The notes below the pieces were generated by a model. It was not told the DNA's origin and did not search any database. It saw nothing but the letters and a program-made list of their open reading frames with translations. A DNA stretch of 64,000 nucleotides from NCBI GenBank assembly GCA_045106895.1, contig JBGCFM010000024.1, positions 64,001-128,000 of the forward strand, read 5' to 3'. A program made the translations under genes and the position numbers. Origin of the DNA: Polyangiales bacterium (GTDB taxonomy: Bacteria > Myxococcota_A > Polyangia > Polyangiales > Houyiibacteriaceae). Position 1 is the first letter of the stretch. Every line of letters begins with the position of its first letter. This document shows, piece by piece, positions 8,507 through 17,643 of the stretch.

Positions 8507-9946
8507 CTAGCGCCGCACTTCGTTTTCGTAGTCGCGGCGTACGGAGCTCAAACGAAGCTGATCGACTTCCAGGCCGGCAAAGGGCTGCTGAATCGGGAGA
8601 TGCGAGCCCTCATCGCTAAAGATCGCCACGGCCCCGACGACGAAGGGGTTGGCGTTCCCCACCAGGTTCAGCTCGTGCGTGTCGGCGAAGCAGGTCCGCT
8701 CAGATCCGCGATAGAAGAGGGGTCCGCTTCGGTTCTGACGGACGCCGTCGATCCACAGCTCAACGCCGCCAGTGCCAAAGTTGATGCCGACGCGCCGCCA
8801 TGTGCTCTCAAAGTCGATGGGCTCGGAACAGATGTAGAACTCCTCAAGGACGCTCTGGGAGCGAAGCACGATCTCGCCCCTCTCCGAGGTGGACATGGTG
8901 AAGTGCCCGGCTCCGTTGTCTTGGGCGTCGCGGCCAAGGATGTCTTGGGTGAATCCGGCGTCGGGTCCGCGAATCCAGAAGTCGAGGGAGCCCGCGCTGA
9001 GTTGAAACTCAGGCCGGTCTGGAATGCGAAAGTGCGACGATGGCGACCCGTCGTCGGTGATGCGAAGGACATTTCCTCCACAGGGCGAATCACCGGCCTG
9101 AAGGAGCGAATTGTCAGCGACCCCGCTCATTCCGGTGACGAGGTCATTCGCATCGTCGAAGGTGAACAGGAAGAGCGTGTCCTCGTCCGCGTCGCCGCAG
9201 GCGGTGGGTCCGGCGTCTGGCGCTCCTGCATCGAAGACATCGGGCGGGCCCCCATCGAAGACATCGGGCGAACCCGCATCGAAAACATCGGGTCCGCCTG
9301 CGTCCATTACGCCCGCGTCGCCTGCCGCTTCGATGCACCCTCGGAGAGCGTGGCAAACCTCGCCCGCTTCGCACAGCGTGTTGTTCGGGACCGCTAAGCA
9401 TACGCCTTCGTCACAGCGTGCTTCCACGCACGAGACGTCAGGCACGGCGCACTCGGAAGCGGCCATGCACTGGTCCGGCGGACAGAACTCGGGAGTCTGC
9501 GGCGTGCATCGAGGGTCCACGCAGCGGCCGCCAAGGCAGCTCTCCAGCGCGGGGTTGTCGTTGGGGCACATCACGCCTTGGCAGTTGCGCGTCAGGACGA
9601 TGGTGACCACGGTGATGGGCGCCTGCACGATGGCGGAGACGCGCCGTGTCGCGACGGGGATGCCACCACGGAAGAGCGTCAACGTGAGGGCATGCTGCCC
9701 CGCCTGAGTCGTAGTCTCGTCGATGCGTTGCCCACGGAGGTAGTCCTCGGAGCGTTCGACCACGTGGTCGAAACGCACGGCGACGTCCCCGTCATCGACC
9801 TGCACGCGGACGGCGTCGAACTCGACGAAGGGGACGTAGTCGGTCTTTAGATCCACGCGCACCGTCGGCTCGACGGGATCCGTCGAGCATCCGAGAAATG
9901 CGACGCAAAGCGCTGCGATGAGCAGTCTTAGGGAAACGGCGTGCAA
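8507..9946 (-). CDS. Cys-rich lipoprotein with C-terminal LamG/concanavalin-like domain
   Basis: FLGC lipobox, Cys-rich middle, PDVFDAG repeats, SLDFWIR/ELWIDG/VDQLRLS LamG-like strands. Confidence 0.7.
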   Translation of the reverse strand: MHAVSLRLLIAALCVAFLGCSTDPVEPTVRVDLKTDYVPFVEFDAVRVQVDDGDVAVRFDHVVERSEDYLRGQRIDETTTQAGQHALTLTLFRGGIPVATRRVSAIVQAPITVVTIVLTRNCQGVMCPNDNPALESCLGGRCVDPRCTPQTPEFCPPDQCMAASECAVPDVSCVEARCDEGVCLAVPNNTLCEAGEVCHALRGCIEAAGDAGVMDAGGPDVFDAGSPDVFDGGPPDVFDAGAPDAGPTACGDADEDTLFLFTFDDANDLVTGMSGVADNSLLQAGDSPCGGNVLRITDDGSPSSHFRIPDRPEFQLSAGSLDFWIRGPDAGFTQDILGRDAQDNGAGHFTMSTSERGEIVLRSQSVLEEFYICSEPIDFESTWRRVGINFGTGGVELWIDGVRQNRSGPLFYRGSERTCFADTHELNLVGNANPFVVGAVAIFSDEGSHLPIQQPFAGLEVDQLRLSSVRRDYENEVRR

Positions 9947-10584
9947 CGGTTTGTATCGTTTCGGCAGGTGTACATCTCAGGGTCAGGGCACTCCGCCGGT
10001 GACGAACAAGCGCATTCACCAATGTCGACACAGCGCAAAGTCCAGCACGAGCCGTCTTCGGTCACTTCCGGAACGGACCCGCGCTCACACTCCGGCGTAG
10101 GGATTCGGCAGGTGACTCCCCTGGGGTCACAGCTCACGCCTCCAGGTCTTGGGCATGGGCCCATGGAAACGAAGGGCCGGCTCGGGCACGTCGAGCTTCC
10201 ACTGAAGGTGGTTCCGTCGCAGCCGCAGAAGGTGGCGATATCATCGGTACATGGAGCGTCTGTGATGCAGAACCAGTCGGCGCTACACGAGCGGCCCGTA
10301 CATGCACCTTCGCAAGGCGCGTCGGGAGAACAAAGCGCTGGGCCCACGGGCCCCGCGTCGTCGCCGGGTCCCGCGTCGTCGCTCGGTCCTGCATCGCCGG
10401 GTCCTGCGTCGTCGCCGGGTCCAGCGTCGTCGCTGGAACCCGTATCTCGTTCATTCGCGTCCGCCAGCGATCCGTCTTGGATCATCCCCCAGGCGTCCTC
10501 CGCGGGTGCGTCGACACCCGCATCGCCTCCCGACGAGGTCGAACACGCAAAGCAGAAGATGACGAGGAGCTGAGTGACGCGCAT
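9928..10584 (-). CDS. Cys-rich lipoprotein with Kazal-like motif
   Basis: CFAC lipobox, DDAGPG repeats, CTDDIATFCGCDGTTF Kazal-like pattern. Confidence 0.7.
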   Translation of the reverse strand: MRVTQLLVIFCFACSTSSGGDAGVDAPAEDAWGMIQDGSLADANERDTGSSDDAGPGDDAGPGDAGPSDDAGPGDDAGPVGPALCSPDAPCEGACTGRSCSADWFCITDAPCTDDIATFCGCDGTTFSGSSTCPSRPFVSMGPCPRPGGVSCDPRGVTCRIPTPECERGSVPEVTEDGSCWTLRCVDIGECACSSPAECPDPEMYTCRNDTNRCTPFP

Positions 10585-10631
10585 GGCGTCAAGGGTAGCA
10601 GCGAGGTCGCGAAAGCGAAAAGGAATGGACG

Positions 10632-11585
10632 CTAGGGCAGCAGGCAGAGTGCGCGCGTGACGCGGTCCATGCCGCCTCGGTCGTCGCGCATCACAATCTC
10701 AAAACGAACCACGCGACCGCCGGCCTCCACCGGATCTTCGATCTCCTCAGTCACGTAGGTGATCTCTGCGGTGGGCGTGGCTTCAAACGCGGTGGCGCCG
10801 GGCTCCGCGTCGATGACGCTGAAGAGGTTGCTGATCCCGAGGTCCGTTGCGTAAAAAGCGACGGGAAGGTCTTCATTGGTGGCGACGGGCGGGTCGAAGC
10901 TCTCATCCAGGAAGGGCTCCCGGGAACCTGGAACAGGATCGACCTCAATGGTGTGCTCGTCTGCGGTGCCCGTTCGAATCTGAGGCATGTCGAGGCCTTC
11001 GCACCCGCTCAGCTCTTCGGGCTCGGCTGTCCAAACTTCATCGTTGAACCGGACTTCGGCGATACCCGGGGAGAGGTTGTCGCGTTCCTCTTCAGCAACG
11101 AAGACACTGCCGGTCACAAGCTGACCCACCCCTTCGTCGACGCACGGGTTGGTGATCTCCATGGCGGCGTCCATGTTGATGTCCAGGTTCACCTGCCCGC
11201 CCATGCAAACGGCGCCGATAAAGAGCAGATCCTCCGCCGGACCTTCGGGTACGTCGACGACGAAGGAGGGCGCGTCGAGGGTGGGCGTCGCGCCGATGGC
11301 AAAGGTCAAGGGGTCGCCCTCTTCGCAGAAGCCGATTCCAAAGGCCGTGGCGGCAGGCCGGCACACGATGATGGCCCAGGTGTTCTGGACGGGTTCTTCT
11401 TTTTGAGTCAGGAGAAACTCCACGCGGACACTTTCGCCGGGCCGGGCGCTGGCGCGCTCAGGGGCACCATCGACGGCATAGGTCGCCCCGATAATGCGGG
11501 GTTTGACGATGAGTGACGTGGGATCGGGTGTTGGACCACAGGCGACGGCCAGGAAGAACGAGCCCAAAAGAAGTACGCGAATCAC
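10632..11585 (-). CDS. Lipoprotein associated with TonB-dependent receptor
   Basis: AVAC lipobox; C-terminal VMRDDRGG; 4-bp overlap with receptor stop. Confidence 0.7.
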   Translation of the reverse strand: MIRVLLLGSFFLAVACGPTPDPTSLIVKPRIIGATYAVDGAPERASARPGESVRVEFLLTQKEEPVQNTWAIIVCRPAATAFGIGFCEEGDPLTFAIGATPTLDAPSFVVDVPEGPAEDLLFIGAVCMGGQVNLDINMDAAMEITNPCVDEGVGQLVTGSVFVAEEERDNLSPGIAEVRFNDEVWTAEPEELSGCEGLDMPQIRTGTADEHTIEVDPVPGSREPFLDESFDPPVATNEDLPVAFYATDLGISNLFSVIDAEPGATAFEATPTAEITYVTEEIEDPVEAGGRVVRFEIVMRDDRGGMDRVTRALCLLP

Positions 11586-14305
11586 ATCTCACCTCGCAGT
11601 CCGATGGCGGGGATAATCGGCAGCCCATTGACGGGAACAGCCTGCGTAAAGTCGTAGTTGAATACGAGGCTTTCCTGGTTTTGCTGGTTGTAGACATTCT
11701 GGATGTCGAGGAAGAGCGCGAGGCGCCAGGAATCAAAGATCCACTTCTTCTCGATGCGAATGTCCAGGCGGTTGAAGAGCGGGTTGCGCTGCGTGTTCTG
11801 CTGGCTGCTCAGCGCCGTGTAGTTGAGCGAGTTGACGTTCACGATACTGCCGTTTGGAACGGTGCCAGGGTTGCCGCTAACGAGTCGGAGGGTACCGCCA
11901 ATCTCCCAGTTGCGTGGGAGGCGGTAGACACCCGTGAGCGTGAAGATGTGCGTCTGGTCGAAATCAAAGAGACGCCACGTTTGGTCTTGGTCTGGATTGT
12001 CTTGGCGTTCACTCCGCGACACGGTGTAGCTGAGGTAGCCGAACCAGCGGCGACCTTCGGGGCTTACGCGGGCTGAGATCTCCGCACCGTAGATTCGGCC
12101 AAGACCTCCGTTGACGAAGCGGTCTCCGCTGCCGCCGGGGGTGGCCACGACGCGGTCCCACAGTCGCTTGTAGAAGCCTTCGACGCTGAGCCGAACGCCT
12201 TGGACGACGTCGTAGTCCACACCCAGGCCAAAATGCGCTGCGCGAATCCAGTCGAGGTTGTCATTTCCGAGCTCCGGGGAGGATTCCTGGAACTCCGGTG
12301 GCTGCGAGAACATGCCTGCGCCGCCCTTGATCCGAACGTTCTCATGAACCTGAACGGCGGTGACGAGGCGAGGGTCAAAGTTGAAGCGCCGAATCTGCTG
12401 GTCGTAGTCGACGCGGCCGCCAAGGATGATGTTCCAAGGGTCGGTGAGCCGGATGTCGCTCTCAAAGTAGACCGCTGGACGGTAGGAGGTCTGGCTGACG
12501 GTGAAGTCTACGGGCGTATCCGAGAGGTCGGGTTCCTCTGTGGCGCCTTCTTGCTGACCCGTCTGCGGACCTCGGTAGCGAATGCTGAAAGGCGAGAGGC
12601 TGGAGTCGATACCGGCGATGATGCGAACGCGATCGCTCGCCTGGTGCGTCAGCTCGATTCGGTGGCTCGTCTGCCAGTTGTCGAGGTCGAAGCTGATGAC
12701 GTCGCCGAGGCCAAACTGGAACTGCTGGAGGGCACCAAGAACATCGATGTCGAGGCGCGTGTCGGCGCCGAACTGGTGTCGCCAACCGAGCTGAAGGTGG
12801 TTGAAGCGTGTGGTCAGGCCGGCGTTGCCGCGGACGTTCGGGTCGTCTCCAAGTGAGTCTCCGAGGTTGACGGCGATGCGGTCGTTCGCGCCGTAAAAGA
12901 GGAAACGAAGCCGGTCGTTGGGCGTGGGCCGGTACGTGATAAACGCCTGGTAGTCGTAGTAGACCGGCGCCGCGACGAGTCCGATGTCGTCCGGCAGCAC
13001 GTTCTCGATGACGAGGTCGATGAGGCTTCGGCGAACACCAAAAGCGCCAGCTGCGTTTTCGCCGATAGGGAACTCGACGAGGGCGCTCACGTCGATGACG
13101 CTAAGCTCAGCGACGCCGTGGAAGCCGTCGCGGGTTGGGTCGCGAAGGTCGACTTCGACGATGCCGCCCATCTTTCGGCCGTAGCGCGCGGAGAAGTTGC
13201 CGGGGAAGAAGTCGATGCGGTCGAGAAGACGCGAGTTGATGACGCTGGTGAGTCCGCCGAAGTGATAGATCTGTGGCAGCGGCACGCCTTCGATGAACAC
13301 CTGAGAGTCACCGGGCGCCGAACCACGAATGACCAGCTGACCTGAGCCGAACGGCGGCCTAGCTACGCCGGGGAGAATCTCGATGGCACGCAGGGCGTCG
13401 CCGCGAGTACCGGGGATTCGCGTCAGGGCGTCACGGGGGATCGAGCGTCGCGTGACCTCGCGGGGTGGTGGGTCGATAACGGCGCGCGCACCGAATGCGA
13501 GCTCATCCACTTCGTCTTCGGGACCAACGTCCGACTGCATGCGGTACGTCACGTCTGTGACCTCTCCGCTCAGCACATCTTCCGACTGGGTGAGTTCGCC
13601 CATGTCCGGCACGATGATTCGCAGCTGGTAGCTTCCGGCGGGGAGCTCTTCGAAGGCGAAACGACCATCCGCGGTTGTCACGGCCCGTCGTGCGACGCTC
13701 TCGTCTTCGGAGGTGAGGATCACCTCCGCTTGGTTCAGCGCGTTGCCGTCTTCTTGGGCGAGCAGCTGTCCTTCGAGTCGACCCGGCGGCGGCGTCTCGG
13801 GCTCGGCAGGTACCTCAGGCTCCCGAAGCTCGAAGACGTAGTTGTAGCGAATACGCACCGTGAAGGGCTCACCGTCACGTGTTGCTGGGGTGAAGCGAAA
13901 GCGGCGCACGGCGTCGAGGGCTGCGCCGTCGAAATCATCGCCTGCGCTCTCGACGATCTCGGCATCGACGACCTCACCTTCGAGGCCGATGGTAACGGCC
14001 ATGCCGACGGTGGCCTCGCGCTCTTCTTCTTGCGCCGCCGCGGGGTACGCCGCTTCGACGAACTCTGCGATGCTCGGGGGCCGGATGACGGGGTCCGCGC
14101 TTGTGCACTGGATCGTCTCGCCGCACTCCGAGACGGGGTGACAGGTCTCGTCGCCTTCGGCGCACTCGCCGATGACGCGCTCGCCTTGCGGGCACTCTGG
14201 CTCCGCGTCGCACGGTTGGGCGGAAACGGAGTTCGTGCTGCTGAGCACAAAGAAGAGGCACAAGGAGGCCAGCGTTAGTGGGATGCGACCAGAGAAGCGG
14301 AGCAT
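11582..14305 (-). CDS. TonB-dependent receptor with fused TonB C-terminal and carboxypeptidase-regulatory-like domains
   Basis: YPAAA...FDGAALDAVRRFRFTPA TonB-C; plug PGVAR/IRGS/FSARYG; barrel ending DIQNVYN...IGLRGEM. Confidence 0.88.
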   Translation of the reverse strand: MLRFSGRIPLTLASLCLFFVLSSTNSVSAQPCDAEPECPQGERVIGECAEGDETCHPVSECGETIQCTSADPVIRPPSIAEFVEAAYPAAAQEEEREATVGMAVTIGLEGEVVDAEIVESAGDDFDGAALDAVRRFRFTPATRDGEPFTVRIRYNYVFELREPEVPAEPETPPPGRLEGQLLAQEDGNALNQAEVILTSEDESVARRAVTTADGRFAFEELPAGSYQLRIIVPDMGELTQSEDVLSGEVTDVTYRMQSDVGPEDEVDELAFGARAVIDPPPREVTRRSIPRDALTRIPGTRGDALRAIEILPGVARPPFGSGQLVIRGSAPGDSQVFIEGVPLPQIYHFGGLTSVINSRLLDRIDFFPGNFSARYGRKMGGIVEVDLRDPTRDGFHGVAELSVIDVSALVEFPIGENAAGAFGVRRSLIDLVIENVLPDDIGLVAAPVYYDYQAFITYRPTPNDRLRFLFYGANDRIAVNLGDSLGDDPNVRGNAGLTTRFNHLQLGWRHQFGADTRLDIDVLGALQQFQFGLGDVISFDLDNWQTSHRIELTHQASDRVRIIAGIDSSLSPFSIRYRGPQTGQQEGATEEPDLSDTPVDFTVSQTSYRPAVYFESDIRLTDPWNIILGGRVDYDQQIRRFNFDPRLVTAVQVHENVRIKGGAGMFSQPPEFQESSPELGNDNLDWIRAAHFGLGVDYDVVQGVRLSVEGFYKRLWDRVVATPGGSGDRFVNGGLGRIYGAEISARVSPEGRRWFGYLSYTVSRSERQDNPDQDQTWRLFDFDQTHIFTLTGVYRLPRNWEIGGTLRLVSGNPGTVPNGSIVNVNSLNYTALSSQQNTQRNPLFNRLDIRIEKKWIFDSWRLALFLDIQNVYNQQNQESLVFNYDFTQAVPVNGLPIIPAIGLRGEM

Positions 14306-14433
14306 GGCGAGGATCTTTCGTTCCCAGACGTGGTCTCGTCAACCAAACGTCTTCTCGCCTTCGTCGCAAAGGCGGGGACAGCGTTACGAGCAGACTTTGC
14401 GAATTCGACGCGGAATGCCATGTTGCGGCCAGA

Positions 14434-15786
14434 ATGACGAGCGATCTAAGCAAATGGAGTCTGAACAGCTGGCAAAGATTTCCTGTATCTCAAGACGTGC
14501 CTTATGCGGATGCGGATGCGCTCAAGGACGCCATCGGTACTCTCCGTGCGCTCCCGCCGCTCGTGACGTCCTTCGAGGTGGAACGTCTCAAGAAGCTCCT
14601 GGCGGATGCACAGCGCGGGGAACGCTTTGTATTGCAGGGCGGCGATTGCGCGGAGACCTTGGCGGATTGTCACTCCGACTCTATCGCCAAGAAGCTCAAG
14701 ATCTTGCTTCAGATGTCCATGGTGCTCGTCCACGGACGAAAGTGTCCCGTCGTTCGCATTGGTCGTTTCGCAGGCCAGTACGCGAAGCCGCGCTCACGTC
14801 CGACGGAAACCCGCGACGGCGTCACGCACCCGAACTACTTCGGCGACCTCGTCAACCGGCCGGAGTTCAGCGCTGAAGCACGCCGCGCCGATCCGTGGCT
14901 CCTCGTCGACGGCTACAAGCACGCGGCGCTTACGCTCAACTTCGTTCGCTCGCTGACAGACGGCGGTTTCGCGGACCTTCATCACCCGGAGTACTGGGAC
15001 CTCTCCTTCATGGAGAGCGCTACGCTGCCGCCGACTCTCAAGGCGCAGTATCTGGAAACCACCGAACGTGTGCGTGGCGCGCTGCGTTTCATGAACGCTC
15101 TCGGTGACGCGCCCGCCGATGCGCTCGCTCGCGCGCCTTTCTTCACGAGCCACGAAGGGCTCAACCTTCACTACGAGTCTGCCCAGACGCGCCGGGTGCC
15201 CCGACGTGATGGCTGGTACGACCTCTCGACGCATATGCCTTGGATCGGCGAGCGCACGCGCGGCCTTGATGGCGCGCATGTGGAGTTCTTCCGCGGCATC
15301 GGAAACCCCATCGGCGTCAAGATTGGTCCAACGGCGACGCCGGAGATCGTCTTGGGTCTTTTGGATGTCCTGGACCCGGATGGCGAGCCCGGGAAAATCG
15401 TGCTCATCACCCGCATGGGCGCGGACCGCGTTCGTGAGGCCCTGCCGCCTATCCTCGAGGCTGTTCACGCCAGCGGCCGTCCGGTCTTGTGGATGAGCGA
15501 TCCTATGCATGGCAACACACACGCCACGGCGGGCGGTCTGAAGACCCGCAACTTCGACGCCATCCTCGATGAGCTCGAAGGCTGCCGCGCGGCCCATGAT
15601 GCTGCGGGCACTTATATGGGCGGAGTCCACTTTGAGCTCACCGGCGACGACGTCACCGAGTGCACCGGTGGCGCCGACGGTCTCACGGACTCGGATCTCA
15701 GCCTCAACTACACGACGGCCTGCGACCCACGCCTCAACTACCGCCAGGCGCTGGAGATGACCTTCCGCCTCGCGGCATTCGGCTAG
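14434..15786 (+). CDS. 3-deoxy-7-phosphoheptulonate (DAHP) synthase, class II
   Basis: LQGGDCAE, GRFAGQYAKPRS, WIGERTR, DPMHGNT, CDPRLN. Confidence 0.95.
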   Translation: MTSDLSKWSLNSWQRFPVSQDVPYADADALKDAIGTLRALPPLVTSFEVERLKKLLADAQRGERFVLQGGDCAETLADCHSDSIAKKLKILLQMSMVLVHGRKCPVVRIGRFAGQYAKPRSRPTETRDGVTHPNYFGDLVNRPEFSAEARRADPWLLVDGYKHAALTLNFVRSLTDGGFADLHHPEYWDLSFMESATLPPTLKAQYLETTERVRGALRFMNALGDAPADALARAPFFTSHEGLNLHYESAQTRRVPRRDGWYDLSTHMPWIGERTRGLDGAHVEFFRGIGNPIGVKIGPTATPEIVLGLLDVLDPDGEPGKIVLITRMGADRVREALPPILEAVHASGRPVLWMSDPMHGNTHATAGGLKTRNFDAILDELEGCRAAHDAAGTYMGGVHFELTGDDVTECTGGADGLTDSDLSLNYTTACDPRLNYRQALEMTFRLAAFG

Positions 15787-15834
15787 CTCTTCCGGGCTCC
15801 GGCGCGATTGCCACGGGTTCACTGCCGCACCCAT

Positions 15835-15862
15835 AAAAAGGCGCGCCCGAGGGCGCCACCTT
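15835..15862 (-). terminator. Possible intrinsic terminator
   Basis: GCGCCC-GA-GGGCGC stem; T5 follows on the minus strand, downstream of MYG1. Confidence 0.35.
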
Positions 15863-15917
15863 CGCACTGCGAGTCTTCACGACGAAGTAGTCCGCGGTCG
15901 CTGGAACCAAATGTCTC

Positions 15918-16766
15918 TTACGCGCGGTCCCAGCGCTGGAGCGCATCCAGCGCCGCGCTCTCCGTCGCAAACCCGGCGATGAATCGGTTTCGATGACAGA
16001 ACTTCGCGCCCTCGGTCCCCGTGATCTTCTGCAGCTCTTCGCCTTCGAGGCCGCCCCACTCTTCGGGGAGTTTCCGTTTGTCTTCCCGGCTGCCTTCGGC
16101 GACGGGGATCGTGACGACGCGCCAGTCGCCCTTGCCGGGAAAGAGAACGTATTCGGTGGAGTGATTCGCGCCGTCGTTCTCAAAGTAAGCGGGCTTCCAC
16201 TTCATGTAGCGGTCGAGGCGGATGGTCTTCCGGCCGGCTTCCGCCGCCACCTTCATGGCTGCTTGGACTTCTTCCTTCGCGGCGTTTGCCCGCGCCAGGC
16301 CGTCACGAAGTCCGCCTACGAGGTCCATCGCCATGGCGACGCCTCGCTCGTAGAGCTTGTCGAAGTCCTCGTTCGCCGACTCGTTGAGCACGCCGATGAG
16401 CATGGAAAAACATGGGACGCCGTCTTCCGGCTGCCGAGCGCCCACGTCCACAGCGTCCACGTAATCGACGAGCACGCGTCGAAGGTGCTCTGCGAGGGGA
16501 GCCTCGATGTTTCCTTCACTCTCCAGGAAGTCCAAGACCATGCCCGCCGACGAGCGGTTTCCTTCGTACTCACGCTGGTGGTGGTCGAAGCGCCGAGTCT
16601 CTGGGTCAAAGACATGACCGACGTCGAAGACGATGTCCGCCGTCGCGAGGACCTCGGGGTCCCTTGAACGAACGACCTTGGCCTCCGCATCGAGGAAAGT
16701 ACGAATCAGCGCCGCGGCGAGAACGTCGTCTGCATGAAAAGGGCCGCTGTGCGTTCCGAGAAGCAT
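15918..16766 (-). CDS. MYG1-family (DHH superfamily) protein
   Basis: THSGPFHADD, DVG, FDHHQ, SSAG, WGGL, FCHRNRFI. Confidence 0.9.
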   Translation of the reverse strand: MLLGTHSGPFHADDVLAAALIRTFLDAEAKVVRSRDPEVLATADIVFDVGHVFDPETRRFDHHQREYEGNRSSAGMVLDFLESEGNIEAPLAEHLRRVLVDYVDAVDVGARQPEDGVPCFSMLIGVLNESANEDFDKLYERGVAMAMDLVGGLRDGLARANAAKEEVQAAMKVAAEAGRKTIRLDRYMKWKPAYFENDGANHSTEYVLFPGKGDWRVVTIPVAEGSREDKRKLPEEWGGLEGEELQKITGTEGAKFCHRNRFIAGFATESAALDALQRWDRA

Positions 16767-16863
16767 GGGTGTCCACCTAGTGCCCAAAGCCCCACGGCGC
16801 CATGACAATGGCGCTCGACTCAGTGCGACTTGAGTTCTCTCGTGTCGATGGTACGGCTCGCGT

Positions 16864-17604
16864 GTGAGCGCTCTTGAAGACAGTTTGGAGATTGCGCGCG
16901 TCGCGACTCGCACGTGGCAGCAAGCCGCAGTTCTCGCCCACGGGCTGTGTCCTTTCGCGCACGGTCCCGCCAAGCGCGACGCCATCCACGTTCAAGCCGC
17001 CGAGGCGAAGAGCTCACAGAGCGCCGCCGCTGAAGCCATCTTGGCCGCCCACGCGCTCCTCGACAACGAGGACACGGACACAACGTTGGTCGTTTTCCCC
17101 TTCGCCTTGGACGACTTCGAGGACTTCTTGGACGTCATCGATGCCTGCGAGGCCTACCTCGACGAGCGCGAACTGGACACAAAGCTCCAGATCGCGTCGT
17201 TCCACCCCGAGTATCGTTTCGAAGGGACGACGGCGGAGGACGCGACGAACTACACAAACCGCTCTCCGCTTCCCGTTCTTCAGTGGCTTCGCGTCGATCA
17301 GGTGGCGGAAGGCATCGAGTCTTATGGGGAGACGGAGTCGATCCCAGAGCGGAATATGGCCCACATGAAGGGCCTGAGTAGCTGGGAACGCGAAGCGTTG
17401 CGTGCGCTGCCCAAGAGCGAAGTTCAGACAGAGGTTGCTCGGGATGGCTGGGAAGCTGCCAAATCTGGCCATTATTGCGTGACGACGACGCGGGTTTGTT
17501 TTGGCCTCCAGGGCATCAGCTCCACGCGCGTCTTTGCGGCGGAGACGGTGATCTCGCCGGGTCCATGGACCCTTCATGTTCGCTCCGGCGAAGTGCTCTC
17601 TTAA
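16864..17604 (+). CDS. DUF1415-family protein
   Basis: GLCPFA, QIASFHPEYRFEG, NYTNRSPLP, IPERN. Confidence 0.85.
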   Translation: MSALEDSLEIARVATRTWQQAAVLAHGLCPFAHGPAKRDAIHVQAAEAKSSQSAAAEAILAAHALLDNEDTDTTLVVFPFALDDFEDFLDVIDACEAYLDERELDTKLQIASFHPEYRFEGTTAEDATNYTNRSPLPVLQWLRVDQVAEGIESYGETESIPERNMAHMKGLSSWEREALRALPKSEVQTEVARDGWEAAKSGHYCVTTTRVCFGLQGISSTRVFAAETVISPGPWTLHVRSGEVLS

Positions 17605-17643
17605 GCCCGCAACCGGCGCTTTGCCAGACCGAGGCGCGCGCTC

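Noticed and set aside
7484..9397. 637-aa plus-strand ORF
   Set aside because: Antisense shadow of two motif-bearing minus-strand genes; no recognisable motifs; expected in high-GC DNA.
10345..10435. Short direct repeats resembling a CRISPR array (also 20911-21030, 31555-31650, 62300-62370)
   Set aside because: In-frame coding repeats without unique spacers; no cas genes in the window.
14434..15786. Class II DAHP synthase as a secondary-metabolite cluster marker
   Set aside because: No adjacent biosynthetic genes; consistent with a primary shikimate pathway role.
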